Assembly: GCA_965248055.1 (NCBI GenBank)
Contig: CBDFIJ010000004.1
Coordinates: 2,016,001-2,080,000 of the forward strand
From: Candidatus Multivoradales bacterium
GTDB lineage: Bacteria; Acidobacteriota; Thermoanaerobaculia; Multivoradales; JAHEKO01
DNA length: 64,000 nucleotides
Direction of reading: 5' to 3'
The notes below the pieces were generated by a model that made no database searches, was not told the DNA's origin, and saw only the letters and a list, made by a program, of their open reading frames with translations. A program made the translations under genes and the position numbers. This document shows, one piece after another, positions 37,315-47,033 of this stretch (the first letter of the stretch is position 1; each line of letters opens with the position of its first letter).

Positions 37315-37995
37315 ATGGCTAAGAAACAGACCTACCCAGGCGAACACCTCACAGTTACCTACGACCCGGCGGCTTGCTCTCACGCCGGAGAGTGCGTGCG
37401 CGGACTTCCCGAAGTCTTCGACGCCAAGAAGCGACCCTGGATTAAGCCCGACGCTGCCGACGCCGCAGCGGTGGCCGAAGCGGTTTCCCGCTGTCCATCC
37501 GGCGCTTTGGCGATCGAAGACACGCCGCAAGATAGTGACTTGGCGGTTGGCGCTCAACCTGAGGAAGAGAGTTCGGCGATCGAACTCAATCAGTTACAGA
37601 TATGCGCCAATGGTCCGGCCATTGTTAGCGGTCAAGTTCGCATCATGACGCGCGAAGGCGCGGTGGTAGAAGAGACCGCCCGAGTCGCGCTCTGCCGCTG
37701 CGGGGCGTCCGCCAACAAGCCCTACTGCGACGGTAGCCACAAAGGCGTCGAGTTCACCGATGAAGGATTGTTGCCGGAAGTCGAAAGCCAGGAGATTGAA
37801 GCTGGCGACGAAGTCGTGGCCGTGCTGGCGGAAAATGGTCCGGTGATCTTCCGCGGCCCGATGCAGTGGTGCGCCACCGACGGCTCGGTCGCTAGCTTTG
37901 ATAGCAAGGCTCTGTGCCGTTGTGGCGAGTCCGCGAACAAGCCCTTTTGCGATGGTACCCACAAAGGGACAGATTTTCGTACCGAGGGTCGTTAG
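37315..37995 (+). CDS. Divergent 4Fe-4S domain plus two CDGSH iron-sulfur domains
   Basis: CSHAGEC...CPSGAL; LCRCGAS.NKPYCDGSH and LCRCGES.NKPFCDGTH. Confidence 0.9.
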   Translation: MAKKQTYPGEHLTVTYDPAACSHAGECVRGLPEVFDAKKRPWIKPDAADAAAVAEAVSRCPSGALAIEDTPQDSDLAVGAQPEEESSAIELNQLQICANGPAIVSGQVRIMTREGAVVEETARVALCRCGASANKPYCDGSHKGVEFTDEGLLPEVESQEIEAGDEVVAVLAENGPVIFRGPMQWCATDGSVASFDSKALCRCGESANKPFCDGTHKGTDFRTEGR

Positions 37996-38041
37996 AGACG
38001 CTGCGATACGAAGAACCTGTAGAACGGAGTAGCCTTGGTAG

Positions 38042-38647
38042 ATGGAGATTTCAATTGAAATGGCTTTGGGTGCCTATGGAGCACTCCTCTCAACGGGGCT
38101 TGCTGTTCTGGCTATCTTTAGGTTCTGGAGGGAGAGACCGCGAATATCAGTGAACGCAAGAATAATCGTCAAGAGTGCTTCAAAAGAAGACGAGACGCAT
38201 GGTGTATTACGGCAGGCTCAACGAGGTGACGACCTCCTTTGGGAAGAAGTTGATGTTGAGATCAGTGTTCGAAATTCCGGCGCCGAACAGTGCCAAATCT
38301 CTGGCGTGTTCGTTGAAACTGGATCGGCGCTCTTCGAAGTAGCGCCGACCAATTTTCCGGTTATATTGACGCCAAATACTGGGTCCTCCGCATTAGTGCA
38401 GCCTGAGTACATTGTTCCCAAGAAGATAACGCTGAGCGGTCAACTGTTGGATGAGTCGGTAAGCGCGTTTGGTGTGTTTGATGCGCTGGGAAACAAGCAT
38501 GCCATCCCGGAGTCCGAATTGAATCAGATTGTGACTTCTTGTCGTGGCTTGCCACTTAGAACGTCTCGGTACAAACACCGTAAGACAGGCCGGATGGTTG
38601 TTGCATTTCAGGTGAAGGACAACGGAGCCTTAATAGAAAAAAAATAA
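38042..38647 (+). CDS. Hypothetical protein with N-terminal TM helix
   Basis: 201-aa ORF in an AT-richer patch; no recognised motif. Confidence 0.6.
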   Translation: MEISIEMALGAYGALLSTGLAVLAIFRFWRERPRISVNARIIVKSASKEDETHGVLRQAQRGDDLLWEEVDVEISVRNSGAEQCQISGVFVETGSALFEVAPTNFPVILTPNTGSSALVQPEYIVPKKITLSGQLLDESVSAFGVFDALGNKHAIPESELNQIVTSCRGLPLRTSRYKHRKTGRMVVAFQVKDNGALIEKK

Positions 38648-38770
38648 TTGCCTTTGAGTGAGCATATCGATGTTACTGGGACAATGACTATCTCTGCGAA
38701 GCACAAAGGCAAGGTTAAGTCGTGTTATGAATCAAGGGAAATGCGGTACCTAACCCGATAAGTAACCTAG

Positions 38771-41215
38771 CTAGGGTTTTGAAGCTGCGAAATGTTTCTT
38801 CATAGCCTCTCTCGGGCGCAGGAAGACCAGAACCCCAGAAGGATCCGTTTCCGCAGTGTTAGCCAGCGCCGGAACCTCCCGCAACCATCGGTTGTAAATG
38901 AAACGACTGGCGATCGCGACGTCGACATCGATCGGCAGATCGCGCGACATGCGAACGTGCATGCCTCTTTGATCAAGGGTCAGGATCGCCAGCGAGGCCC
39001 GTGTTTGTGCCGACATCCGATAGCGTGCTTGCAGGTCGGTAGTGACCTGGACGGTCTTAGGTCGAGCAGATTTGAGTTGTTCCGCAAAGGTCTCCCAGGG
39101 ATAGCGCAGTAGGTCTCCGACCTGTGCAGACTGGTGCTTGGCCAAGACGTTGCGGTTGTATTCAAAGCCCAAACCGAAGAAAGCCAAGAACACAATCACG
39201 AGAGTTACCACTTTCGCCCGCTGGCCTACGACCACCAGGGCGAGGAGACAGGCCACTGTCAGTACCACGGCCGGCATTAGAGTTCCGGTTAGAAACAGGT
39301 CAGGAGACCACCCGAAGCGAGCTAGCGCTGCTACTGGAAGAAAGTCAGCAGCGTCCAGTTGCCCCAATCTGTAGGGCACGACAATCAAGAAAATCACGGC
39401 ACTGGCGAGTCCGGCAGGGATCAAGACGCGTGGAGTCAGCAACTTTCTCCAAGAAACCTCCTCCAGTCCAGCGTCGAATAGCAGCAGGCTGGACATCAGG
39501 CAGGCCACCGGAATGATCGGAATCAACATTCGCCCCGAGAAAGGGTGACGCATGCGGAAGTAGAGAACGATCAAAGCCAATAGGTATGCAATCGGTAAAA
39601 AATGCAGCAGCCGAATCTCGATTCGCCTACGACGCAGCCCTGCGGCAAAGGCGGCGGCCACCACCGCCACCCAGAGGTTGCGTAGGGCGAACAGCGCTGG
39701 ATGCCCTCCTGGTCGCCAGATGACGTTCAGCCAGCTCGACGAACCGCTGCGTGGTGGTAACTGATCGGGGAAGTTCATCGGTCCAGTTTCGACCAGCCGT
39801 CCGCCAGGAAATGAAAACAGGAAATCTCCCAAGATCCATCCGTCTAGCATCATCAGGACTGAAAAAGTTGCTGCGATGCCCCCAGTCCAGTAAAGACTCC
39901 TGCGGGAGAAGCGCCGAAAGTCCAGTCGCCCATCGGTAATAAGGAATAGCAGAGGCAAAGCCAGCAAGACAGCGCCCACCTCTTTGGAGCGAAACGCACC
40001 AATCGTGAGCACTCCGACCGCGAGGGCGTGCCATTCATGTCGGGAGGTATCCGTGTGCTCTCGGGAGAGCCCGTGCATGTAAATCGCGACCGCGGCGGTG
40101 ATAAACATCATTGCGCTGTAGTCAGCAAAGCCTGAGCCGATGGTGCCCAGAACCACGGTTTGCGACAACAGGATGAAGAGTGCAGCAGTGAGAGTGCGTA
40201 GCTGCAAACGGGGCCCGACAGAGCGCACTGCAACCGCTAGCGAGGTCACAGTAGTGGCAAAAATGAAAGACCACCAAAGGCGAACCCCGAGGAAGGGATT
40301 TCCTCCACTCAGAGTTACAAAGGCTTTGACTAGGTATACGTGAGCGTAGCGACTGTAGAACCAATTCTTGGTGCCGTACTTTGCAGCAATCAGATACGCG
40401 GTGTCATCCCCACCCCGCACGGTCCCGGTGAACGGCAAGATCGCCAGAAAAGTTAGTACAAAGAGCCCCAACAGGAGGAACACGCGGAAACCTCGGTTGT
40501 TTGCCCACCCGAGACGTGGAGCAAATCTTTGCTGGAGCGCATCGATCGGTGCGGCCAGAATGTAGATCGCCAATAGACCTGCCGCCAGGGTTAGAGCGGC
40601 TCCCAGAAGCTGGCGGTGGGATTGTGGCCACTGAGGTAGCGTGTCGCGCAAGGCTCTGCGCAAAGTGACCGGGCGACCCGCGTAGAGCTGTTCCGATGGC
40701 AAAGCGGTGGCTTCCGCTAGCGAATATCCAGGCGCGGTCCACTCGATTGCTAAATGGCTCTCCCCGTGCCTTTGAATCAGCGCGATCTCGACCCGGTGGA
40801 GCCCTGGCTCAAGAGTCTTTTGCCCTTTCTTGCGCTGCACTTTGGCGGTGCCGACGTTATCGACTACGGTATCGCCGTCGATCCGAAAGTAGCCGCTGTC
40901 ATTGGCGTCGACAATGAAACGATGGTCGCCTCCCTGCTCGACCCACCACCAGCCACTCCAGCGCACGCTGAACGCTACCTCGGTTATCAGCGCGTCGTGG
41001 ATCTGCGAGACCGAATCGAGCTTGGGCTGAGCGGTGGTGGCGTAAACCGGCCTCCCCTCCCACGGTGCGCCCAGATGGAAGTACTCGGCCTTGAGACCGG
41101 GGCGATCGAAGATCAGCATCATCCCAGCCATCAGCAAGGCAAGAATGAGCAACAAGCTCGTTCCAGTTGCTATCTGTCGAGGTGTAGGTGTGCGCGCCAA
41201 TGGTGGTATCCCCAA
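38771..41215 (-). CDS. PA14-domain polytopic membrane protein, GT-C-like
   Basis: GL.AEY, FSVRWSG, ANDSG...IDG..VVDN (PA14), then many TM helices with GDD..Y in the first loop. Confidence 0.7.
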   Translation of the reverse strand: MGIPPLARTPTPRQIATGTSLLLILALLMAGMMLIFDRPGLKAEYFHLGAPWEGRPVYATTAQPKLDSVSQIHDALITEVAFSVRWSGWWWVEQGGDHRFIVDANDSGYFRIDGDTVVDNVGTAKVQRKKGQKTLEPGLHRVEIALIQRHGESHLAIEWTAPGYSLAEATALPSEQLYAGRPVTLRRALRDTLPQWPQSHRQLLGAALTLAAGLLAIYILAAPIDALQQRFAPRLGWANNRGFRVFLLLGLFVLTFLAILPFTGTVRGGDDTAYLIAAKYGTKNWFYSRYAHVYLVKAFVTLSGGNPFLGVRLWWSFIFATTVTSLAVAVRSVGPRLQLRTLTAALFILLSQTVVLGTIGSGFADYSAMMFITAAVAIYMHGLSREHTDTSRHEWHALAVGVLTIGAFRSKEVGAVLLALPLLFLITDGRLDFRRFSRRSLYWTGGIAATFSVLMMLDGWILGDFLFSFPGGRLVETGPMNFPDQLPPRSGSSSWLNVIWRPGGHPALFALRNLWVAVVAAAFAAGLRRRRIEIRLLHFLPIAYLLALIVLYFRMRHPFSGRMLIPIIPVACLMSSLLLFDAGLEEVSWRKLLTPRVLIPAGLASAVIFLIVVPYRLGQLDAADFLPVAALARFGWSPDLFLTGTLMPAVVLTVACLLALVVVGQRAKVVTLVIVFLAFFGLGFEYNRNVLAKHQSAQVGDLLRYPWETFAEQLKSARPKTVQVTTDLQARYRMSAQTRASLAILTLDQRGMHVRMSRDLPIDVDVAIASRFIYNRWLREVPALANTAETDPSGVLVFLRPREAMKKHFAASKP

Positions 41216-41373
41216 ACGTTCCGAATCTACGGCCAGCAGTGTACTAATTGCGGCGGGGGTGTGCCTTGGAGCGGCGCCCCTTGGGAGGATCCGTGTGAAT
41301 CAACGTTTTGTGGGGCAGGGTGGAGGAGATTCATTGGATTTCGCCGCTCTCCTCGCGGCTAGCCGGTTCCAAT

Positions 41374-42543
41374 CTAGGGCTCGAGACCGCTCAGCCGATA
41401 GATTGCGTGAGCCCGGTCGTCGGAAATAAGGAGAGATCCATCGGGCATTTGAAAAACATCCGACGGGCGACCCCACGAGGTTCCATCGTCTAACAGCCAG
41501 CCATCAACCAAGGTCTGATAGCCGACGCCTTGATCCCCTTCCAAAGACACCGTAGTGACTCGGTAGCCGATCGGTTCAGAACGATTCCAAGATCCGTGCT
41601 CGGCGATCACCGCACGGTCTTGATACACCTGCGGAAAGGACTCTCCGGTGATGAAGGTCATGCCAATCGAGGCGACGTGGGGCCCAAGTTTTTGCGCCGG
41701 AGGTCGAAATTCGCTGCATTGGCGCTCCTTCCCGTGGCTGGGATCGGGGATATCTCCGCCGTGGCAATAAGGAAAACCGAAATGCTGGCCGGGATCGGTG
41801 GCGATGTTGAGTTCATCGGGGGGCAGGTCGTCGCCGAGCAAGTCGCGCCCGTTGTCGGTGAAGGTCAGATGCCCGGTTCCCGGCTGCCAGTCGAAGCCAA
41901 CGCTATTGCGAATGCCGAAGGCATAAGGCTGTAGTTCGCTGCCGTCGGGGCGCATGCGCGAGATGGTGGCAAACAGATTGGGGTCGGCGTCGCCCCAGCC
42001 GAGTCGACTCTTGAGCGGAACGGCGTCACAGGCGTTGCAAGGAGCGCCGACTGAGACATATAGCCAACCGTCCGGACCAAACTTGAGGTAGCGCCAACCG
42101 TGATGTGCTGCAGCTGGAAGAGCATCGCTGACCACGATCGGTTCCGGCGGACTGTCGAGATGGTCCTCGATGTTGTCATAGCGCAGGACGCGACCCACCG
42201 CGGCTACATAGAGAGCACCGTCGCGGTAAGCAATGCCACCGGGGTTGTCGAGGTTGTTGTCGATCAAGTAGACGATGTCCGCCCGTAGGTCGTTGTCCGC
42301 GTCGACTACCGCGTGGACCTTGCCCGCACCTCGGGATCCGACGAATACCGTTCCGCGGTCCCCGAGTGCTATCTGGCGCGCATTTTCAACCCCAGCCGCG
42401 TACAAACGAACTTCAAAACCTTCGGCGACCCTGAGCGAGGCGACCCGCGTCTCAAGACCCCCAGACACCGACCCCGACTGAGGCGCGGCGCAAGCCCCTT
42501 GGACCGTGACCGCAGCTACCAGTAGAAAAGCGAACTGTTTCAT
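41374..42543 (-). CDS. PQQ-dependent sugar / sorbosone dehydrogenase family
   Basis: HHGWRY..FGPDG.LYV..GAPCN.C, GIRN.VGFDW, PPDELN, EHGSWNR, GRP.DV. Confidence 0.9.
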   Translation of the reverse strand: MKQFAFLLVAAVTVQGACAAPQSGSVSGGLETRVASLRVAEGFEVRLYAAGVENARQIALGDRGTVFVGSRGAGKVHAVVDADNDLRADIVYLIDNNLDNPGGIAYRDGALYVAAVGRVLRYDNIEDHLDSPPEPIVVSDALPAAAHHGWRYLKFGPDGWLYVSVGAPCNACDAVPLKSRLGWGDADPNLFATISRMRPDGSELQPYAFGIRNSVGFDWQPGTGHLTFTDNGRDLLGDDLPPDELNIATDPGQHFGFPYCHGGDIPDPSHGKERQCSEFRPPAQKLGPHVASIGMTFITGESFPQVYQDRAVIAEHGSWNRSEPIGYRVTTVSLEGDQGVGYQTLVDGWLLDDGTSWGRPSDVFQMPDGSLLISDDRAHAIYRLSGLEP

Positions 42544-42611
42544 TGAGTGGTGCTTAGCCAGCACGGAGATCAGTAGGTGTTGTAAGGGTCTGAAAGCTAT
42601 CTTGAAAAAGC

Positions 42612-43385
42612 CTAGCCCCAAGTTCTCCACGGAGCATCGCCGGCCGCCCACAAGGATTCGAGCTTGTTCTTGTCCGCCAGATGATCCATGCAGTGCCAAA
42701 ACCCGGCGTGTTTGAACGCCATCAATTGGCCGTCTCTGGAGAGGTTGGCTAGCGGTTGGCGCTCCCACCAAATCTGGTCACCGTCGATGTAATCGAGGCA
42801 TCCGGGTTCCAAGACAAAGAACCCGCCGTTGACCCAACCGCCGTCGCCGTCCGGCTTTTCGATGAACTTGCTCACTTGGCTGTGGTCGTCACCGAGTTCA
42901 AAGTAACCGAAGCGACCCGGAGGGCGAACCGTGGTCATGGTCGCCAACTTGCCATGATCGCGGTGAAACTTCACCGTTTCTTTAATGTCGACGTCGCACA
43001 CTCCGTCGCCATAAGTAAAGCAGAAGGTGTCGTCGATATGTTGGGCCACTCGTTTCAAGCGGCCACCGGTGTAGGTGTCTGGACCGGTATCGACCAAAGT
43101 CACGCGCCACGGCTCAGCGTGGCTCTTATGCACTTCTAGTGAATTGCTGCTCAGGTCGATGGTGAAGTCAGCGTTGCGGGCGAAGTACTGGGCGAAGTAT
43201 TCCTTGATCATCCCGCCTTTGTAGCCCAGGCAGATGACGAAGTCGTTGATCCCGGCGGCCGAGTAGAGTTTCATGATGTGCCAGAGGATAGGTTTGCTAC
43301 CGATCTCGACCATCGGTTTGGGTTTAATCACCGTTTCTTCGGAGAGCCGGGAACCAAATCCGCCGGCGAGGATGACTGCTTTCAT
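42612..43385 (-). CDS. rfbF: Glucose-1-phosphate cytidylyltransferase
   Basis: LAGG.GSRLSEET..KPKPMVEIG, TGGRLKR, TYGDG, GFW.CMD. Confidence 0.95.
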   Translation of the reverse strand: MKAVILAGGFGSRLSEETVIKPKPMVEIGSKPILWHIMKLYSAAGINDFVICLGYKGGMIKEYFAQYFARNADFTIDLSSNSLEVHKSHAEPWRVTLVDTGPDTYTGGRLKRVAQHIDDTFCFTYGDGVCDVDIKETVKFHRDHGKLATMTTVRPPGRFGYFELGDDHSQVSKFIEKPDGDGGWVNGGFFVLEPGCLDYIDGDQIWWERQPLANLSRDGQLMAFKHAGFWHCMDHLADKNKLESLWAAGDAPWRTWG

Positions 43386-43499
43386 GGGCGTACGGTATCA
43401 GTGAATTGAAGGGAAGTGGATGAGCTGGCATCGAGGGAGCCTGCTACTCTGTCAGTGCTTCCCGGGAACTGTCTTTCGCCGTCGCGGGTCGAATGTTTC

Positions 43500-44321
43500 A
43501 TGTACCGCTCAATCTGCTTGAATGTTCTTGTGGTTTGGTTAGCAGGTCCATGTCGAGTCTCCCTACCCGTTGACTTTGAAGCTGAATGGCAACAGACGGA
43601 GCTGTGGGCTATTGCTGGGTGTCCTGAACAGGACAGCATGCGTACACGAGTGCAAGGCCAAAAAGACTGGCAGCCCCCACATAGCCCACCTACCACCGGG
43701 CAGGAGGTTATTCGCAATCATTTTTCCTACTGGCGTAGATACCGGGGGGGACCAGAGGAACAATTGATTCGTAGGACCGCAGTGGGTGCGGTCTCTTTCC
43801 AGGTCAACACCATTGCTGAGTGGCGCCCCAACTATCGCTGCTTGTTTCCAGAGCAGGCCCATCACAACTACATTGAGGGCTATGAAGGCAATCAATTGGT
43901 GTTTAGGGGTGCTCAGGGTCCGTACGGTTGGCCTGAATGGTCGATCGAGCCATATCAGACAGACATGGGCCAATCGCGTTTGGCTACCTTCGATGCCGCT
44001 CGGGAGAGGTTGGAGGTATTTCTAGGGCGAAATTTGGAGCGACCAGAAACAGCTCAATATGTACGTTTGTCAGGATCTATACTTCATGGTTGTCAGTGTG
44101 TCGCAATCAAAGAAAAGTCTGTTGTATATCTAATTCGAGGTCAAGGAAGGCAATCTGAAATTTGGATGATCGATCTGTCGCAAGGGCCGGTTCCAGAATC
44201 AGAGGTGCGCAAACTCACCGACCCGCGCCTTGGGCGTCGACCAGAGGTGCTTCCGAATTGGCTCACCGCTGGCGGGCGCTGGTTCCCCGCTGAGAGGGTA
44301 TCGCCGTCGGGCTTAGTTTGA
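43500..44321 (+). CDS. Hypothetical protein, antisense to flanking glycan genes
   Basis: Long ORF filling the gap; start uncertain (43416 or 43500). Confidence 0.55.
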   Translation: MYRSICLNVLVVWLAGPCRVSLPVDFEAEWQQTELWAIAGCPEQDSMRTRVQGQKDWQPPHSPPTTGQEVIRNHFSYWRRYRGGPEEQLIRRTAVGAVSFQVNTIAEWRPNYRCLFPEQAHHNYIEGYEGNQLVFRGAQGPYGWPEWSIEPYQTDMGQSRLATFDAARERLEVFLGRNLERPETAQYVRLSGSILHGCQCVAIKEKSVVYLIRGQGRQSEIWMIDLSQGPVPESEVRKLTDPRLGRRPEVLPNWLTAGGRWFPAERVSPSGLV

Positions 44322-44855
44322 AGACGAGACGCCCGCCTTGGTTGAGATCGTGGTGGCGTTGGGGACGGTCACCTTGCTATCTGCCGGGACATCCTGGGTG
44401 ACCACCGTCTGAATGCCGACAAAGACCCGATCTCCGATGCTGACGTCGCCGATCGCCGCGGAGTAAGCGGCCATATAGACACCGTCGCCCAACTGAGGCA
44501 TCTCAGTGATCCGGCGTCCCGAGGGCGCGCCCAAGGTAACCCCTTGCAGCAGGTGGCAGTTGGCGCCGATTTTGGTCCAGGCGCCGATCACCAATCCTTG
44601 TCCATGAGTGATGCGAAAACCCGGGCCGATCTCTGCCGCGGGGGCAATGTCACAGCCAGTACAAAATAAATTAACTCGAGCAAACAGCGGCCCACAGAAC
44701 GGGATGTTCTTGGACTTGAACCAGTGGGCGATCCGGTGCAAGAACACCGCTTGGTAACCATTTTCAAACAACAAGGACTCGATCACATACCAAGGGGCGG
44801 CCTTGGTTTTGATTTCTTTGAGGCGAAGGGTGTCGGCTCTTAGGTTGTCCCACAT
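44313..44855 (-). CDS. Serine acetyltransferase-like hexapeptide acyltransferase
   Basis: HRIAHW, DI...AEIGPG..I.HG.GLVIG, QGVTLG. Confidence 0.85.
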   Translation of the reverse strand: MWDNLRADTLRLKEIKTKAAPWYVIESLLFENGYQAVFLHRIAHWFKSKNIPFCGPLFARVNLFCTGCDIAPAAEIGPGFRITHGQGLVIGAWTKIGANCHLLQGVTLGAPSGRRITEMPQLGDGVYMAAYSAAIGDVSIGDRVFVGIQTVVTQDVPADSKVTVPNATTISTKAGVSSSN

Positions 44856-44893
44856 GATCCTACGACTCGCCACTCCTGCGGGTCCCACAATCT

Positions 44894-45000
44894 GTCATTC
44901 CCGCGGGTGGGTGTGTTGGGGGGCGGGAATCTCTTCCACTAGGGATGACTCCTACTTGATGAAGGTCCCGGCCCCACTCCCATCCCCCCGCCGGGATGAC
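44894..45000. repeat. REP/REPIN-like imperfect palindrome (GTCATYCC...GGGATGAC)
   Basis: GTCATTCCCGCG...GCGGGAATC arm and inverted GGTCCCGGC...GCCGGGATGAC arm, intergenic. Confidence 0.65.
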
Positions 45001-45022
45001 CAATGCGGTCTTCAGCACCGCC

Positions 45023-46312
45023 TTATTCTGGAAAGCGTTCATTTTGCTCCTGGCGCAGTCGATCGCCAATTCGCCCCTCTGGCACAGTCACGTCGTCGTA
45101 GGTCAGTACCGTGTCTTTGGTGACGGTGTGTTTGAGGCTGCAGTCTTCGGCCAATCCGATTGGCAGTAGATCTTCTGCTCGCGAGACCGGGTAGTTCTCT
45201 GCCACGCCATAGCTGTCGTAGCCGCCCAGGCCATCAAGGGTCTGTCCGACCGTTAGGTCACGCTTGGCAACCGCCACCACATCGACCTTAGGGCCGGCGA
45301 GCGGCTCCATGACCGGGTCTTTGAGCAGCACCGCTCGAGCGACGCTGGACGGTACTTCAAAGTGGCACAGATGGTAAGGAATATAGAACGAGTACAAGGG
45401 GCCTTCGCCAAGTTTGTAGAGGTTCAGGTAATGGCGCTGCTTGGGGTCGTCATGATCGGCGAGGATAAACACTCCCGGTCCCGGTTGGGAACCGACCACG
45501 TAGTCCACGATGCCGCCCCATTCGCGCAGTTGGTCATAGTCGTAGATATTGGCTAAGTCGTCGACGTGCTCGCGATGATCCAGGCCCAACATGCCGCGCT
45601 GGGCGACCTGGAAATCGACTGCGTTGGCGACGATCGCTTGCTCAAAGGAGATTTTGGTGCCGTCGGCGAAGCTGGTCACCATGTTGACGTTTTGCCCCCA
45701 CTGCTTGGCAAACCCTTCTTGGGTGGTGGGGTTACGGTATTCGTCCTGCAGCCCTTTGATGTTGCCAATCAGTAATGGCCGCAATCCGATGCCGGAGACA
45801 AATCGGTAGAGATTCATCTGCACGCCGGGCTGATCTCCTTCAGAGGCGGTCAGAATGACTCCGGCGCGATCGGCGTAGGTTTTCAACAGGGGGCCAACCG
45901 TGCCGTCGAGTTCGGCGTTCATCATCACAACGTGTTGCCCGTTGTGGATCGCATCCAGAATCAACTCCGCGGAGTAGTGAACTGCCCCGGTGACTTCGAC
46001 CAAACAGTCGATCAAACCGCAGCCGGTAACCACACTAGGATCATCGGTGTAGCCGCAGCCCCCGGCCTCGATCATCCGGGTTAGCTCGGGTGCGTTGCTG
46101 ACCGGTCGGGCGTTTTCGATCCCGGCTTCTCGGTAGATCTCCGCGGCGCGCTCTGGGTTGCGGTTGACCACCGCGCTGACTTCCATACCCGGCGTTGAGT
46201 TGGTGATCTGGTTGAGCACACCCTTGGCCATGAAACCGGCGCCAACTAATCCAACCCGCACCGGTTTTCCTTCTTGCTGGCGCTTTTGCAGCAAGCGATC
46301 GACAACAATCAT
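45023..46312 (-). CDS. NAD(P)-dependent oxidoreductase with C-terminal SAF domain (homoserine dehydrogenase-like)
   Basis: GAGFMA, NAELDGTVGP, GDQPG, SFADGTK, PYHLCHFE, AKRDL..G..LDG.GGY. Confidence 0.85.
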   Translation of the reverse strand: MIVVDRLLQKRQQEGKPVRVGLVGAGFMAKGVLNQITNSTPGMEVSAVVNRNPERAAEIYREAGIENARPVSNAPELTRMIEAGGCGYTDDPSVVTGCGLIDCLVEVTGAVHYSAELILDAIHNGQHVVMMNAELDGTVGPLLKTYADRAGVILTASEGDQPGVQMNLYRFVSGIGLRPLLIGNIKGLQDEYRNPTTQEGFAKQWGQNVNMVTSFADGTKISFEQAIVANAVDFQVAQRGMLGLDHREHVDDLANIYDYDQLREWGGIVDYVVGSQPGPGVFILADHDDPKQRHYLNLYKLGEGPLYSFYIPYHLCHFEVPSSVARAVLLKDPVMEPLAGPKVDVVAVAKRDLTVGQTLDGLGGYDSYGVAENYPVSRAEDLLPIGLAEDCSLKHTVTKDTVLTYDDVTVPEGRIGDRLRQEQNERFPE

Positions 46313-46887
46313 GCGTCGTCTCCACCACTGGAATTGGGGTCCAAATTCTGGTCACCGTCGGGCTGGAACAGGGGCCAAGAGCGGTCTTTGTCCGACAGCT
46401 CAGTCACTTCCATCGGCCACTTGATGCCGAATGCTGGGTCGTCGTAGCGCAAGCCGTTTTCGTGTCCAGGGGTGTAGAACTCTCCCACCATGTAGAAGAT
46501 CTCGGACACTTCGGTGAGTGCTTGGTAGCCGTGGGCGCAAAACCCTGGCACATAGAGAGCGGTTCGGTTTTCCTCGGTCAGTTCGACGCCAAAGTGCTTC
46601 AGATAGGTGGGTGACTCCGGGCGAATATCGATGATCGCGTCGTAGATCGCCCCCTTGGTGCAGCGCACTAATTTGGGCTCGATGGCGGGCTCGGTTTGGT
46701 AGTGCATGCCGCGCAGGGTTCCGGCTCTGGTGTTGGTAGAAATGTTGCACTGAGCGACGAACGGTTCCAGTCCGTGCTCCTCGAACTCTCGCCGACAAAA
46801 GGCGCGAGCAAAAAAGCCGCGATCGTCCCCGATCGGTTCCAAGTCAACTAAATAACTACCGTCAATCGATGTGGGGGTAAAACGCAA
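46309..46887 (-). CDS. rfbC: dTDP-4-dehydrorhamnose 3,5-epimerase family
   Basis: DDRGFFAR, GTLRGMHYQ, KLVRC..GAI.D, HGYQ.L; TTG start with AGGAG SD. Confidence 0.92.
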   Translation of the reverse strand: MRFTPTSIDGSYLVDLEPIGDDRGFFARAFCRREFEEHGLEPFVAQCNISTNTRAGTLRGMHYQTEPAIEPKLVRCTKGAIYDAIIDIRPESPTYLKHFGVELTEENRTALYVPGFCAHGYQALTEVSEIFYMVGEFYTPGHENGLRYDDPAFGIKWPMEVTELSDKDRSWPLFQPDGDQNLDPNSSGGDDA

Positions 46888-47033
46888 ACGGTTCTCCTGG
46901 GTCAACTGCGGGCATAACTGAGGCTGTCTGGCAGCTTCGAGCCTTAAGCGAAGTCTAGCGGAGTTCGTCAAGTTTCCGCCTCGAAAACGAACATGGGTAG
47001 CCCTAGGTTTGCTGGACGCCTAGAATCACCGGA

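Noticed and set aside
37991-38760. Integron cassette around the orphan gene (GTTAGAG, GTTAAGT, ACCTAAC)
   Set aside because: Core sites are in the wrong order, there is no attC-like palindrome and no integrase
41268-41350. Imperfect hairpin upstream of the PA14 gene as an ncRNA
   Set aside because: Weak pairing, single copy, no recognisable family
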